64,000 nt of DNA, from contig MCFE01000347.1 of NCBI GenBank assembly GCA_002104905.1, forward strand, positions 25,609 to 89,608. The letters are read 5' to 3'. Source of the stretch: Basidiobolus meristosporus CBS 931.73. Its lineage: Eukaryota > Fungi > Basidiobolomycota. The notes under the pieces were generated by a model. That model ran no database searches, was not told the origin of the DNA, and worked only from the letters and a program-made list of their open reading frames with translations. The position numbers and the translations under genes are program-made. Numbering within the stretch: position 1 is the first letter of the stretch; each line of letters begins with the position of its first letter. Below are positions 49,035-59,965 of the stretch, in pieces.

Positions 49035-50290
49035 CTGATTCTTATTGAGGTTGAAGCAGCTACCTATATACATATTGCCAGATCAATTGCTGACCAATTG
49101 TATTTCCTAATGTAGGTTGTGGCTGATGACTGATTTCATTGCATTGATGTCACCAAAAAAGATTGAATTTAATAAATGTACTTCTGTTTGATGAGGATCT
49201 GATGATTTGTCTGCTACCAATAATATCAATTTAGTATAATCCTGATATAGAAATAGGCTAAGCATAAAAGTAATTGATTTGACTATGAATTAATCTCACT
49301 TAAGCATTCAAGCAGCAGATTCCTGCAATCTTCCCTACTAAAGATGGGAAGGCTCTCCTGAATTTCCTTTCTTATGATATCAATATCTTCATGGTTCAGC
49401 GTTGTTAATAAGCCATGAAAGCTTGAGTCTACCTCTGTTAGCTAAATGTCTTGGATATTCCCTTGTTTGTCTACTAGTTAGTAAGCTTTAATTGAACATT
49501 CTCTGAAGATCTTGAATGGACCTGTCCCATGTTGCGCAAATTCTTCAGACTATTGTTTCTTAGCAACACAAAGTTCTTAACTGTTAAGGCCTCTGGTGAT
49601 ATAAATTTATAAAATCTCTGCTTCATTATTTCTGCACTTTTAGAGATCTTAGCCTGTGCCTTAAAATGCTTTTGTTACAATCATTAGTGTCTACTAGGCT
49701 GACTGAGCTTATGCTCAAGATTGCATCATCACCCAATAAGATCCTACTTATTATATCTATTTCTGTCTGATAAGGATATGCTGATTCATCTGCTGGCTAA
49801 TGCTACTGATTTGATAGATAACATTCATATACTGATAAGCTAAGCATAACACTAATTGATTTGACCAAAAGGTGATCTAACTTAAACATTAAAGTGGTAG
49901 ATCATAATATTCTCCCCTACTAAAGTTGAGCGGGTTCTCCTGAATCTCTTTTCTTGTGATACCAATATCTTGATGGTTCAGTATTGCTGGCAAGTCTTTC
50001 AAACTTGAGTCTGTCTCTATGAGCTAAATATTCCCAGATATTCCCTAGTTTGTCCACTAGTTGGTAAGTTGCAAATGGATATTCTCTGATGATCTTAACA
50101 GGTCCTGTCCATTGCGGCTCACACTTCTTCCAAGTATTGTTTCTCATCAATATAAAGTTCCCAAATGTCAATGATTCTGATGATTTAGTCTTATCAATTC
50201 TCTGCTTCAAAGACTACAAATCCTGTAGCGCTGCTGATGAGCATCTATTCTGGTGGTATCATCTACCGCTTGAATATTTGAGTTATATCT
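49035..50290 (-). mobile_element. Two tandem degenerate 3' ends of gypsy family C (integrase C-terminus, PPT, partial LTR)
   Basis: ORF 49920..50210 has a WTGPVKI (GPY/F) motif, followed by AGTAGGGGAGAA and LTR-C sequence. A more decayed duplicate lies at ~49035-49700. Confidence 0.65.
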
Positions 50291-50375
50291 TTTTTGGTTA
50301 AATCAATTAACTATATGTTTAGCTTATCGGTATATCAGTGTTATCTATCAAATTGGTAGCATTAGTCAGTAGTTC

Positions 50376-53300
50376 TGTTGAAATATTGGACTATTTGGTA
50401 TCATTCAGCAGCTAAAAATTTACTTGACAATTCTAGGCTAGTCTTAGTTACTGTAGGACTCATTTACTGCCTTAACTTTGCCACTTTCTCCAGATATATG
50501 ATCTTATGATTATTCCCCTATAGTCAGGATCAAATTAGCACTATTACCAAACATTATGTACTAACCCTGAAACTGTTACAGAATGCTCCTGAATATTGAG
50601 AAACCCTCCCTACTTAGTGTTGCAGCTGTATTACTTCTACAAAGGTATAAATACTGAGCTTCTTTATGAATAAACAAAAGTTCAACTATTATCACTATTT
50701 CTTGATAAGTTCCTTATATCGAAATCACTTCTTAAATTGCAACAGGTTATGAGCCCCGATTGCCTTAATCTATTCTAAAGATGACTTCTACCAGCAAACA
50801 AAGCAATACCAACATCTTCCCTGCAAAGGAGAGGTTTGATGGGAAGAACTACAGACTTTGGAGAATCAAGATGCAGATCCACCTTGAGGAAAGAAAGCTT
50901 TGGAACATAGTAACAGGAAAGGAAGTTGAGCCCAAAGGAACAGCAGAAGATGTGGAGAAGTTTCAAGAGAAGGAGAGAAAGGCCTTCAATGCAATATGCA
51001 TCAATGTGCAAGACTCCTTCATTGGACAAATCCATGCCTCAAATACTGCCAAAGCAGCATGGGAATCCTTAGAGAAGATCTTTAGAGCAAAGTCAGTAGC
51101 AAGCAAGCTTTATTTGAAACAAAAGGTCTTCAACATGAGAAAAAAGCCAGATGATGACATGCTACAACTCATTACCAGAATGGAGACACTTGCAGAAGAA
51201 CTTTACAGTATTAATGCTGGTGTAGATGATGAAGAAAAGATACTCTGTCTGCTTTGCAGCCTACCAGACGAGTATGAGCCACTCATACTTTCTCTTGAAA
51301 GCAGAGAAGACAACTTGACTTTAGACTATGTCAAAGGAAGACTTCTCCATGAAGAACTCAGACGTAATGATCAAGCAGAGAAAATTGAAGATAATGCTTT
51401 ATTCAGTTCAGAAAGGCATACAGAAAAGAAGGGAAAGCAACAAAACCGAAGAAAACCTGGCTGCTGTAACTACTGTAAGAAACCAGGACACTGGGCAAGA
51501 GAATGCAAGAAGAAACAAGCAGACGAAAAACAGAAACTAGAGCAGGCAAACCATATAACTACTGATGAACAGTTATTTGTCACTGTACAAGAGAGTGCAA
51601 GTAACCGAAGTAATGAATGGTATATTGACTCTGGAGCATCACAGCATATTTGTGGTATAAAGGATTGGTTCAGCAACTTAAAGACTATTCCCGTAAGAAA
51701 GGTTTATCTGGGAGATAACTCTGCATTGGAAGCTACCACTAGTGGGTCTATACAACTAAATTTGAGTGATAGCTCAGGGGCAACAACAGCAAAACTGACT
51801 GACGTACTCTATGTACCTGGAATAGCTAAGAACCTACTCTCAGTCAGTAAAGCAACTACTCAGGGACTGAAATTCGTTTTTACTAAGCTGAGCTGCTCAA
51901 TATTGAGTGAAAATGGACAAAAATTAGCTTTGGGAATCAGAGATCACAATATATACAAGTTACAATGCAAGATCATTGTACCTGAGTATGTCAACATTGC
52001 TGAAACTGATGAAACCAACTGGGAGACGTGGCATAGGAGGCTAGGACACATAGGGGAACAGAAAATGAGCCAATTGGTAAAAAATCAGCTTGTTTTGGGC
52101 CTAAAATACTCAATTCCGATCAAATTGAATGTTTGTAAGGGATGTTCATATGGCAAACAAGCTAGACAACGTTTCAAGAGCTCAGAAGGCATTAATACCA
52201 CCGAGATATTGGCTATTGTACACTCAGACATATGTGGCCCCATGAGAACACTGTCCTTTGGAGCCAAGAGATACTTTATGACGTTTATTGATGACAAGAC
52301 AAGATATACATGGGTGTACTTCCTCAAAACAAAGGATGAAGCTTTAGAGACGTTCAAGCACTTCAAGAACATGGCAGAAACACAAACTGGGTGTAAATTG
52401 AAGGTACTACGAAGTGACAATGGAGGAGAATACTGCTCAAAGGAGTGTGCAAAATACTGCTTGTCTACTGGTATACTTCAACAGACCACAGTTCCTCATA
52501 CTCCACAGCAAAATGGAGTAGCAGAACGTGCAAATAGAACAATAGTAGAGATGGGAAGATCTATGCTACATGATAAGGGAATGGACTACAAGTTTTGGGC
52601 TGAATCTGTTGCTACCGCTGTATACATCAAGAACAGATGCCCAACAACAGCACTACGTGATTCTACACCCTTTGAAGCATATACAGGCAAAAAACCAGAT
52701 CTCCAGCATCTCAGGATCTTTGGCAGTGATGTTTTTTATCACATCCCTGACAAAAAACGCTCAAAGTTGGAACCAAAGAGTAGAAAAGGGATCTTTCTTG
52801 GGTATTGTGAAGATACTAAAGGGTATAGAGTGTATGATGGCAAAATTCAGAAGCTGATCAAGAGCCGGGACGTTGTATTTGAGGAGAATTCAGATCAGAA
52901 AGCCACAGAAATCATTGGCCAGCTGCCTGATGATGCAATCAACACAAATGAGGAAGATACGTACCAAATCCAGCCAGAGATGGAAGATACTTCTACCAGT
53001 TCCAGGTCAGATCAGATTATCCCAGTTAGGAGATCTACCAGAATAAGAAATGCCCCTGGATCCTGGTGGCAGACATCCAATGATCATGAAGAAGCTGATC
53101 TTGCCTTATGTGCCGAACCTCAGAATCTGGAACAGGCAATGCAAGGTCCAGATGCTACTAAGTGGCAACAAGCCATGCAGGAGGAGTACCAATCACTGAT
53201 CAAGGCAAAAACGTGGGAACTGGTAGATTTACCAAATGGGAGAAAGCCAATAGGATGTAGATGGGTCTACAAGATCAAGATAACCTCAAATGGTGCCGTT

Positions 53301-55061
53301 GATAAGTACAAGGCTAGATTGGTAGCTAAAGGCTATTCTCAGATCCAGGGACTAGACTTTAAGGAAACATTTGCTCCGGTTGCCAAGTTTAACTCTATTA
53401 GGACAGTTCTAGCCCTGGCAGCTGTACACAGTCTAGATCTACACCAAATGGACGTCAAAACAGCCTTTCTAAATGGGGATTTGCAAGAAACTATATATAT
53501 GGAGCAACCAGAAGGTTTTACCGATCCAAAAAGCCCCCATAAGGTGTGCAAACTTAGAAAATCATTGTATGGGCTTAAGCAGGCACCCAGAGCATGGTAT
53601 AACAAGATTGACACATATCTAGAGGAAATTGGGTTCTCTTGTAGCACTGCAGATCACAGTATATATGTGAAACAGCTCAAAAAGGGTGTGATCATCCTAG
53701 TTCTTTATGTGGACAGCCCAATTATAGCTACAAGTGATCAAGAGGCACTTAAACAGACAAAATCAGATCTCTTCAGCAAGTTTGAGATGAAAGATCTTGG
53801 AAAATTGAGCTATTTTCTTGGAATTGAGGTCAAATTTGACATACCTACGCAGAAAATTGTGCTGAATCAGTCTAAGTACATCAGGGACATTCTTAGACGC
53901 TTCAAAATGGAAAATTGCAAGCCTGCAGCAACCCCTATGGACAATAACCTGAAATTAAGCAAATCTCAGCCAGTTATGGATGAAAACGGCTCAAATATGG
54001 ACCAAAACTTTCCCTATCAATCAATGGTCGGTAGCCTAATGTACTTGATGGTGTCTACACGTCCAGATATTGCAGTAGCAGTAGGAATAGTCAGCCAATT
54101 CATGCAGAATTATGGATCAGATCAAATTGCAGCAGTTAAGTGGATTTTCAGATATCTACAAGGTACCATAAATATGGTACTGGAATACTCTGGAGCAGCT
54201 AATAGGCGAAAATTTGATGGTTATAGTGATTCAGATTGGGGTAGAGATCTGATTGACAGACGCTCTACCACAGGCTATGTATTTCTTTATGCTGGTGCAG
54301 CTATTACTTGGAATTGCAAGAAACAACCAACTGTGGCACTATCTACAACTGAAGCCAAATATATGGCTGCATGTCAAGCAACTAAGGAGGCTATATGGCT
54401 ACAAAAATTATTCAAAGACTTAGGTTTTAATTCAGGTGAACCAACATGTATTTACAAGGATAATCAAAGTTGTATTTCATTAGCTAGATATCCTACTAAT
54501 CATGCCAGAACTAAGCACATTGATATACAGCATCACTTTGTGAGGGAAGCTGTAGAAAATAACTTAGTAGAGCTGGTTTACTGCCCAACTGACAAAATGG
54601 TGGCAGACATATTGACAAAACCACTAGCTAGGCCACAGTTTGAGATCCTTAGAGAGAAATTGGGATTAAGAAATTATTTAGTTGAGGGGGAGTGTTGAAA
54701 TATTGGACTATTTGGTATCATTCAGCAGCTAAAAATTTACTTGACAATTCTAGGCTAGTCTTAGTTACTGTAGGACTCATTTACTGCCTTAACTTTGCCA
54801 CTTTCTCCAGATATATGATCTTATGATTATTCCCCTATAGTCAGGATCAAATTAGCACTATTACTAAACATTATGTACTAACCCTGAAACTGTTACAGAA
54901 TGCTCCTGAATATTGAGAAACCCTCCCTACTTAGTGTTGCAGCTGTATTACTTCTACAAAGGTATAAATACTGAGCTTCTTTATGAATAAACAACAGTTC
55001 AACTATTATCACTATTTCTTGATAAGTTCCTTATATCCAAATCACTTCTTAAATTGCAACA
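50376..55061 (+). mobile_element. Full-length Ty1/copia retrotransposon, young
   Basis: 369-bp LTRs (50376-50744 and 54693-55061) in which I found three differences, 5-bp TSD AGTTC, PBS GGTTATGAGCCC (complement of the tRNA-iMet anticodon arm, as in Ty5/copia half-tRNA priming), and PPT GAGGGGGAG. Confidence 0.96.
50781..54698 (+). CDS. Copia Gag-Pol polyprotein (1305 aa), RT motif YVDS
   Basis: CNYCKKPGHWAREC, WYIDSGASQH, WHRRLGH, HSDICGP/RSDNGGEY/NGVAER, DVKTAFLNG, LYGLKQAPRAWY, GYSDSDW and ADILTK. Confidence 0.95.
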   Translation: MTSTSKQSNTNIFPAKERFDGKNYRLWRIKMQIHLEERKLWNIVTGKEVEPKGTAEDVEKFQEKERKAFNAICINVQDSFIGQIHASNTAKAAWESLEKIFRAKSVASKLYLKQKVFNMRKKPDDDMLQLITRMETLAEELYSINAGVDDEEKILCLLCSLPDEYEPLILSLESREDNLTLDYVKGRLLHEELRRNDQAEKIEDNALFSSERHTEKKGKQQNRRKPGCCNYCKKPGHWARECKKKQADEKQKLEQANHITTDEQLFVTVQESASNRSNEWYIDSGASQHICGIKDWFSNLKTIPVRKVYLGDNSALEATTSGSIQLNLSDSSGATTAKLTDVLYVPGIAKNLLSVSKATTQGLKFVFTKLSCSILSENGQKLALGIRDHNIYKLQCKIIVPEYVNIAETDETNWETWHRRLGHIGEQKMSQLVKNQLVLGLKYSIPIKLNVCKGCSYGKQARQRFKSSEGINTTEILAIVHSDICGPMRTLSFGAKRYFMTFIDDKTRYTWVYFLKTKDEALETFKHFKNMAETQTGCKLKVLRSDNGGEYCSKECAKYCLSTGILQQTTVPHTPQQNGVAERANRTIVEMGRSMLHDKGMDYKFWAESVATAVYIKNRCPTTALRDSTPFEAYTGKKPDLQHLRIFGSDVFYHIPDKKRSKLEPKSRKGIFLGYCEDTKGYRVYDGKIQKLIKSRDVVFEENSDQKATEIIGQLPDDAINTNEEDTYQIQPEMEDTSTSSRSDQIIPVRRSTRIRNAPGSWWQTSNDHEEADLALCAEPQNLEQAMQGPDATKWQQAMQEEYQSLIKAKTWELVDLPNGRKPIGCRWVYKIKITSNGAVDKYKARLVAKGYSQIQGLDFKETFAPVAKFNSIRTVLALAAVHSLDLHQMDVKTAFLNGDLQETIYMEQPEGFTDPKSPHKVCKLRKSLYGLKQAPRAWYNKIDTYLEEIGFSCSTADHSIYVKQLKKGVIILVLYVDSPIIATSDQEALKQTKSDLFSKFEMKDLGKLSYFLGIEVKFDIPTQKIVLNQSKYIRDILRRFKMENCKPAATPMDNNLKLSKSQPVMDENGSNMDQNFPYQSMVGSLMYLMVSTRPDIAVAVGIVSQFMQNYGSDQIAAVKWIFRYLQGTINMVLEYSGAANRRKFDGYSDSDWGRDLIDRRSTTGYVFLYAGAAITWNCKKQPTVALSTTEAKYMAACQATKEAIWLQKLFKDLGFNSGEPTCIYKDNQSCISLARYPTNHARTKHIDIQHHFVREAVENNLVELVYCPTDKMVADILTKPLARPQFEILREKLGLRNYLVEGEC

Positions 55062-55291
55062 AGTTCCTTATTAGGCAGGAAAAGATATATTAAGTAGGAT
55101 CTTTTTAGGTGATGATGAGGCAGTTAAATGAGTCATTGGCCACAATCTACATTAGGAAATACAATCAGTCAGCAATTTTTCTGGCAAACTGTACAAAAGA
55201 AGCTGCTGGAACCTCAATAAAGATCAGTTCAAGTTTTAGTGAATTCAATACTAGCTAAACTCCCTATTCCTCCACAACTCTTATACCAAGG

Positions 55292-56867
55292 CTAATAACT
55301 CTGGATATATATTGCGGTAGCAACAGATTCAGCCCAAATCTTGTAGTCCAATCCCTTATTATGTAGCATAGATCTTCCCATCTCTAGTATTGCTCTGTTT
55401 GCACATTGGGCTACTCCATTTATTTGTGGAGTATGTAGAGCAGTGGTCTGGTGAAGTATACTAGTGTATGAGCAGTATTGTTCAAACTCCATTGAGCAAC
55501 ATTCCCCTCAATTATTACTTTAAGTTATCTTAAATTTACATCCAGTTTGTGTTTCTGCCATGTTCTTGAAATGTTTAAACTTCTCTAAATTGTCTTGTCA
55601 TCAACAAATGTCATAAAGTGTCTGTCGGCTCCAAAGGATAGTGTTATTATGTGCTCACATATGTTGGAGTGTACAATGATCAATATTTTGGTTGTGATGA
55701 TGCCTCCTGCGCTTTTGAAACATTGACTAGCTTGTTGGTCATATGAACATCCCTTGCAGACACTCAATTTGACCAGAGTTGAGTAATTTAGGCCTGAAAC
55801 AAGCTGATTTTCACCAGTTGGCTCATTTTCTGTTCCACAATATGTCCTAACCTCCTATGCCACGTCTTCCAGTTTGTTTCCTCAGTTACATCAAAGTTGG
55901 CGTACTCAGGTACAATGATCTTGCATTGCAACTTGTATATATTGTGATCTCTGATTCCAAAGCTAATTTTTGTCCATTTTCACTCAATATTGGGCAGTTT
56001 AGGTAAGCAAAAACAGATTTCAGTCCCCAACTAGTTGCTTTACTGACTGAGAGTAGGTTCTTAGCTATTCAAGGTACAAAGAGTAAGTCAGTCAGTTTTG
56101 CTGTTGCAGCCCATGAGATAGCACTTGCATTTAGTAGTATAGACCCTATGGCAGTGGCTTCCAGTGCAAAGTGGTCTCCTGGATTAACCTTTCTTGCAGG
56201 AATAGTCTTTAAGATGCTGATCCACTCCTTTATACCACAAGTATGCTGTTATGCTCCAGAGTCAATATAACATCCACTATTTTGGTTACTTGCACTTTCT
56301 TGTAGAGTTACAAATAGTTGTTAATCAGTAGTTATATGGTTTGCCTACTCCAGTTTTTGTTTTCATCTCCTTATTTCTTACTGCATTTGTGTACCTAGTG
56401 TCCTGACTTCTTAGAATAGTTAAAGCAACCAGGTTTCTATGGTTTTGTTGCCTTTGCTACTATTCTGTGTGCCTTTGTGAGCTGAATAAAGCATTGTCTT
56501 CAACTTTCTTGGCTTGATCATCATGTCTGAGTTCTTCATGGAAAAGTCTTCCTTTGACATGGTCAACCCTCAAACTGTCTTCTCTGCTTTCAAGAGAAAG
56601 TATGGGTGGCTCATACTTGTCTGGTAGGCTGCAAAGTAGACAGAATAACTTCTCTTCATCATATACACCAGCATTAATACTATAAAGGGCTTCTGCAAGT
56701 GTTGCCATTCTGGTATTGAATTTTAGCATGTTGTCATCTGGCTTCTTCCTCATATTGAAGAACTTTTGTTCTAAATAAAGCTTGCTTGACACTGACTTTG
56801 CTCTAGAGATCTTCACTAAGGATTGCCATGTTGATTTGGCAGTATTTAAAGCATATATTTGTGCAAT
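55292..56867 (-). pseudogene. Degenerate sister copy of the copia element (gag to integrase part)
   Basis: ORF 56460..56816 (RAKSVSSKLYLEQKFFNMRKKPDD) and integrase fragments match the 50781 ORF. It is cut by the gypsy C insertion at 56868. Confidence 0.85.
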
Positions 56868-59800
56868 TGTTATGATCTGCCGCTTGAATGTTTAAGTTAG
56901 ATCAGTTTTTAGTCAAATCAATTAGTATATGTTTAGGTTATCAGTATATCAGTATTATCTATAAAATCAGTAGCATTAGTCAGCAAATGAATCAGCAGAT
57001 CCTTATCAGACAGAAATAGATATATTGAGTAGGATTTTATTGGGTGATGATGATGCAATCAAATGAGTGATCAGCCACAACCTACATTAGGAAATACAAT
57101 TAGTCAGCAATTGATCTGGCAAAATGTATAAAAGGAGCTGCTGGAACCTCAATAAAAATAAGTTCAAGTTTTAGCAAATACAATACTAGCTAAACTCCCT
57201 ATTCCTCTACAACTCTTATACCAAGACTTGTAACATTGGTAGCAGCAATTACCAGAAACCTCCCTCCTGAAGAAAGAAGAAACCACCCTCAAGATGTCGG
57301 ACAATCAAGAATGGAAGAATGCCATGCAGCAAATCTTGGCCCAACAGCAACAAGGAATGACTACCATGGCTCAGAGCCAGCAAAGCCCTGTCCAGAGCAA
57401 CTTTAGTGTGAAGGTCAACCAGTACCATGGCAGAGTCAATGAAGACCTAGGAACTTGGCCTTTCCGATTGAAGAAGCTTTCAAAGCTAAAGGAATTGCTC
57501 CAGAAAGCAAGTTGCATTATGCAGCTTCTTACCTGGCAGATGCAGCTTTACAGTGGTACCACAACAAGATCAGGTCAGCTACTATGATTGGATGCTCTAC
57601 AATCTCTACCTGGGATGAGTTCGTGTCAGAAATTCAGGATGCTTTTGAACCTCCACACCAGCAGACACTACTAAGAAGGAAGTTAAAGACACTCAGACAG
57701 AAAGGAATGGTGCAAGAATACATCTATGAGTACAGATGTCTACTTGGACAAATTGAAAGAATGGACCCCTTTGATCAAGTTGAATACTTTATTGATGGGT
57801 TGAAAGAAAGAACTCGCAAGGATGTCAATTACCGAAGACCCCAGACTATTGAAGAAGTCATCAAGATTGCCATTGACTATGACTCAGCTATGTTTGGAGT
57901 TGGGAAGCCTACAGTGACTAGTCAGAAAGGCTATAATCATTATGAAAGAAGACAATCAGAAGCAGTACCAATGGAAATAGACGCTATGCAGAAGAATCCC
58001 TCCTCAGAAGAATGCAAGAAGAGAGGACTTTGCTTCAATTGCCACCAGCAGGGACATATTGCAAAGTACTGCCCTCAGAGAAGAAATGGACACCAGCCAA
58101 CAAGAACCTTCAACCATATTGAGTCCCATGAACACAGTAATGTGGAAGATGAGCTTGAAGAAGACTTGGAACTCACCTTCCATATGACAGAAGAGTACTT
58201 GTCCCAAATGACTTCAAACTCAGGGAAGTTATTGTACTTGAATGGAGTAATCAATGGAGTACCTGCCAAGATCATGATTGACTCAGGAGCATCGCATGAG
58301 TACATGTCAGAGCAATTTGCTTTGAAAGCTGGAATCAACTCAGAACCTACCAAATCAACTTCAGTTTCCACAGCTGATGGAAACTCCCACATAATCAACC
58401 GTATTACCCAGCCAGTAAGAATGAAGATCAATGACTATGAAGAAGACCTACAGGCTTATATATTTGGGAACTGCAAGTTTGACCTTGTACTTGGAAAAAC
58501 CTGGCTATTTTGTCGTAATCCATCAATCAACTGGAGAACCCATGCTACTCAGATCCAAAATGACAACAAGACCTATGAGCTATTACCTGCCATGCTGGAT
58601 TTCAACTTGGTCAATTCCAGTGTGTGTGAGACAAGTGAACTTAGCAAGACCCAGTTCTGTAGAGCACTTAGAAAAGGTACCCAGATGTTCCTCATGGCAG
58701 TATTACAGGAGGATTCTTCTACCCCAGCACCCCAGCAGGTCCAGACTCTCTTGAAGAAATATTCAGACGTGTTTCCAGATGAGCTTGTAAGCCTACCACC
58801 AGTCAGAGACGTGGATCATGCCATTGACACAGGAGATAGCCCTCCAGTGAGCAAGATACCTTACAGAATGAGTCCATTGGAATTGGAGGAAATGAAGAGA
58901 CAAATTGATCAGCTATTGGAGCAAGGATACATCAGGCCCAGCAAGTCACCCTGGGGAGCACCAGTGCTTGTTGTGAAAAAGAAGGATGGAACACTTAGGA
59001 GGTGCATTGACTACAGAGCCCTGAACTCAGTTACCGTCAAGAATAAGTACCCCATACCTTGGATTGATGAACTTTTAGACCAACTTAATGGAGCCACTAT
59101 TTTCAGCAAGATTGACCTCATGTCAGGATACAACCAGATTAGGGTGAAGCCAGACAATATCCCTAAGACAGCATTCAGGACCAGATATGGACATTACAAG
59201 TACTTAGTCATGAGTTTTGGCCTCACCAATGCCCCTGCAACATTCATGACACTGATGCAGACTGTCTTTCAGGAGTACTTAGACAAGTTTGTGATAATCT
59301 ACCTGGATGACATATTGATATACAGCAAGACAGAAGAGGATCACGTAGTGCACATTGAAAAGGTCTTGAAGAAACTAAGAGAGAACAAGCTATATGGCAA
59401 GCTAGCCAAGTGTGAATTCTTCAAGGAGCACGTTGAATACCTGGGACACATAGTGACTAGCACAGGAGTAACCTTAGACCCAAAGAAGGTGGAAGTAATC
59501 AAGAATTTGAAGCAGCCCCATAGCATATCAGAATTCAGATCATTCCTTGGAATGGTTTCCTATTATTGGAGACTTGTCAAGTCTTTTGCAAGTATTGCAG
59601 CCCCTTTAACTGATATCCTCAAGAAAGACAATACCAACAAGTGGGACATAGCTTGTGAGACTGCCTTCCAGATGCTCAAGAATGAACTTGCTAAGCTGCC
59701 AAGCCTAAGAATACCAGACTTCAGAAAAGAGTTCACTCTGTGCACAGATGCTTCAGATTATGCAATTGGTGGAGTGCTGAGCCAAGAACACAAGGGAAAG

Positions 59801-59965
59801 GACTACCCTGTTGCCTTTGAATCCAAGAAACTGAACTCAGCAGAACAAAACTATCCAGTCCATGAGAAGGAGATGCTTGCTATAATACACTGTTTGAAGA
59901 CATGGAGATGCTATATTGAAGGAGTCAAATGCACTGTGAAGACTGAACATGCCTCCCTCAAGTAT
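56868..59965 (+). mobile_element. Ty3/gypsy family C, unit 1, truncated in RNase H
   Basis: 368-bp LTR at 56868-57235, PBS TGGTAGCAG, and gag-PR-RT-RH (MIDSGA, YLDDILI, TDASD) with a frameshift near 57460. It ends abruptly at the next LTR. Confidence 0.92.

Larger units (their letters stand above)
50290..55291 (+). repeat. Truncated LTR-C, split by the copia insertion (50290-50375 and 55067-55291)
   Basis: Both halves align to the LTRs at 56868-57235 and 59966-60333. Confidence 0.75.
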
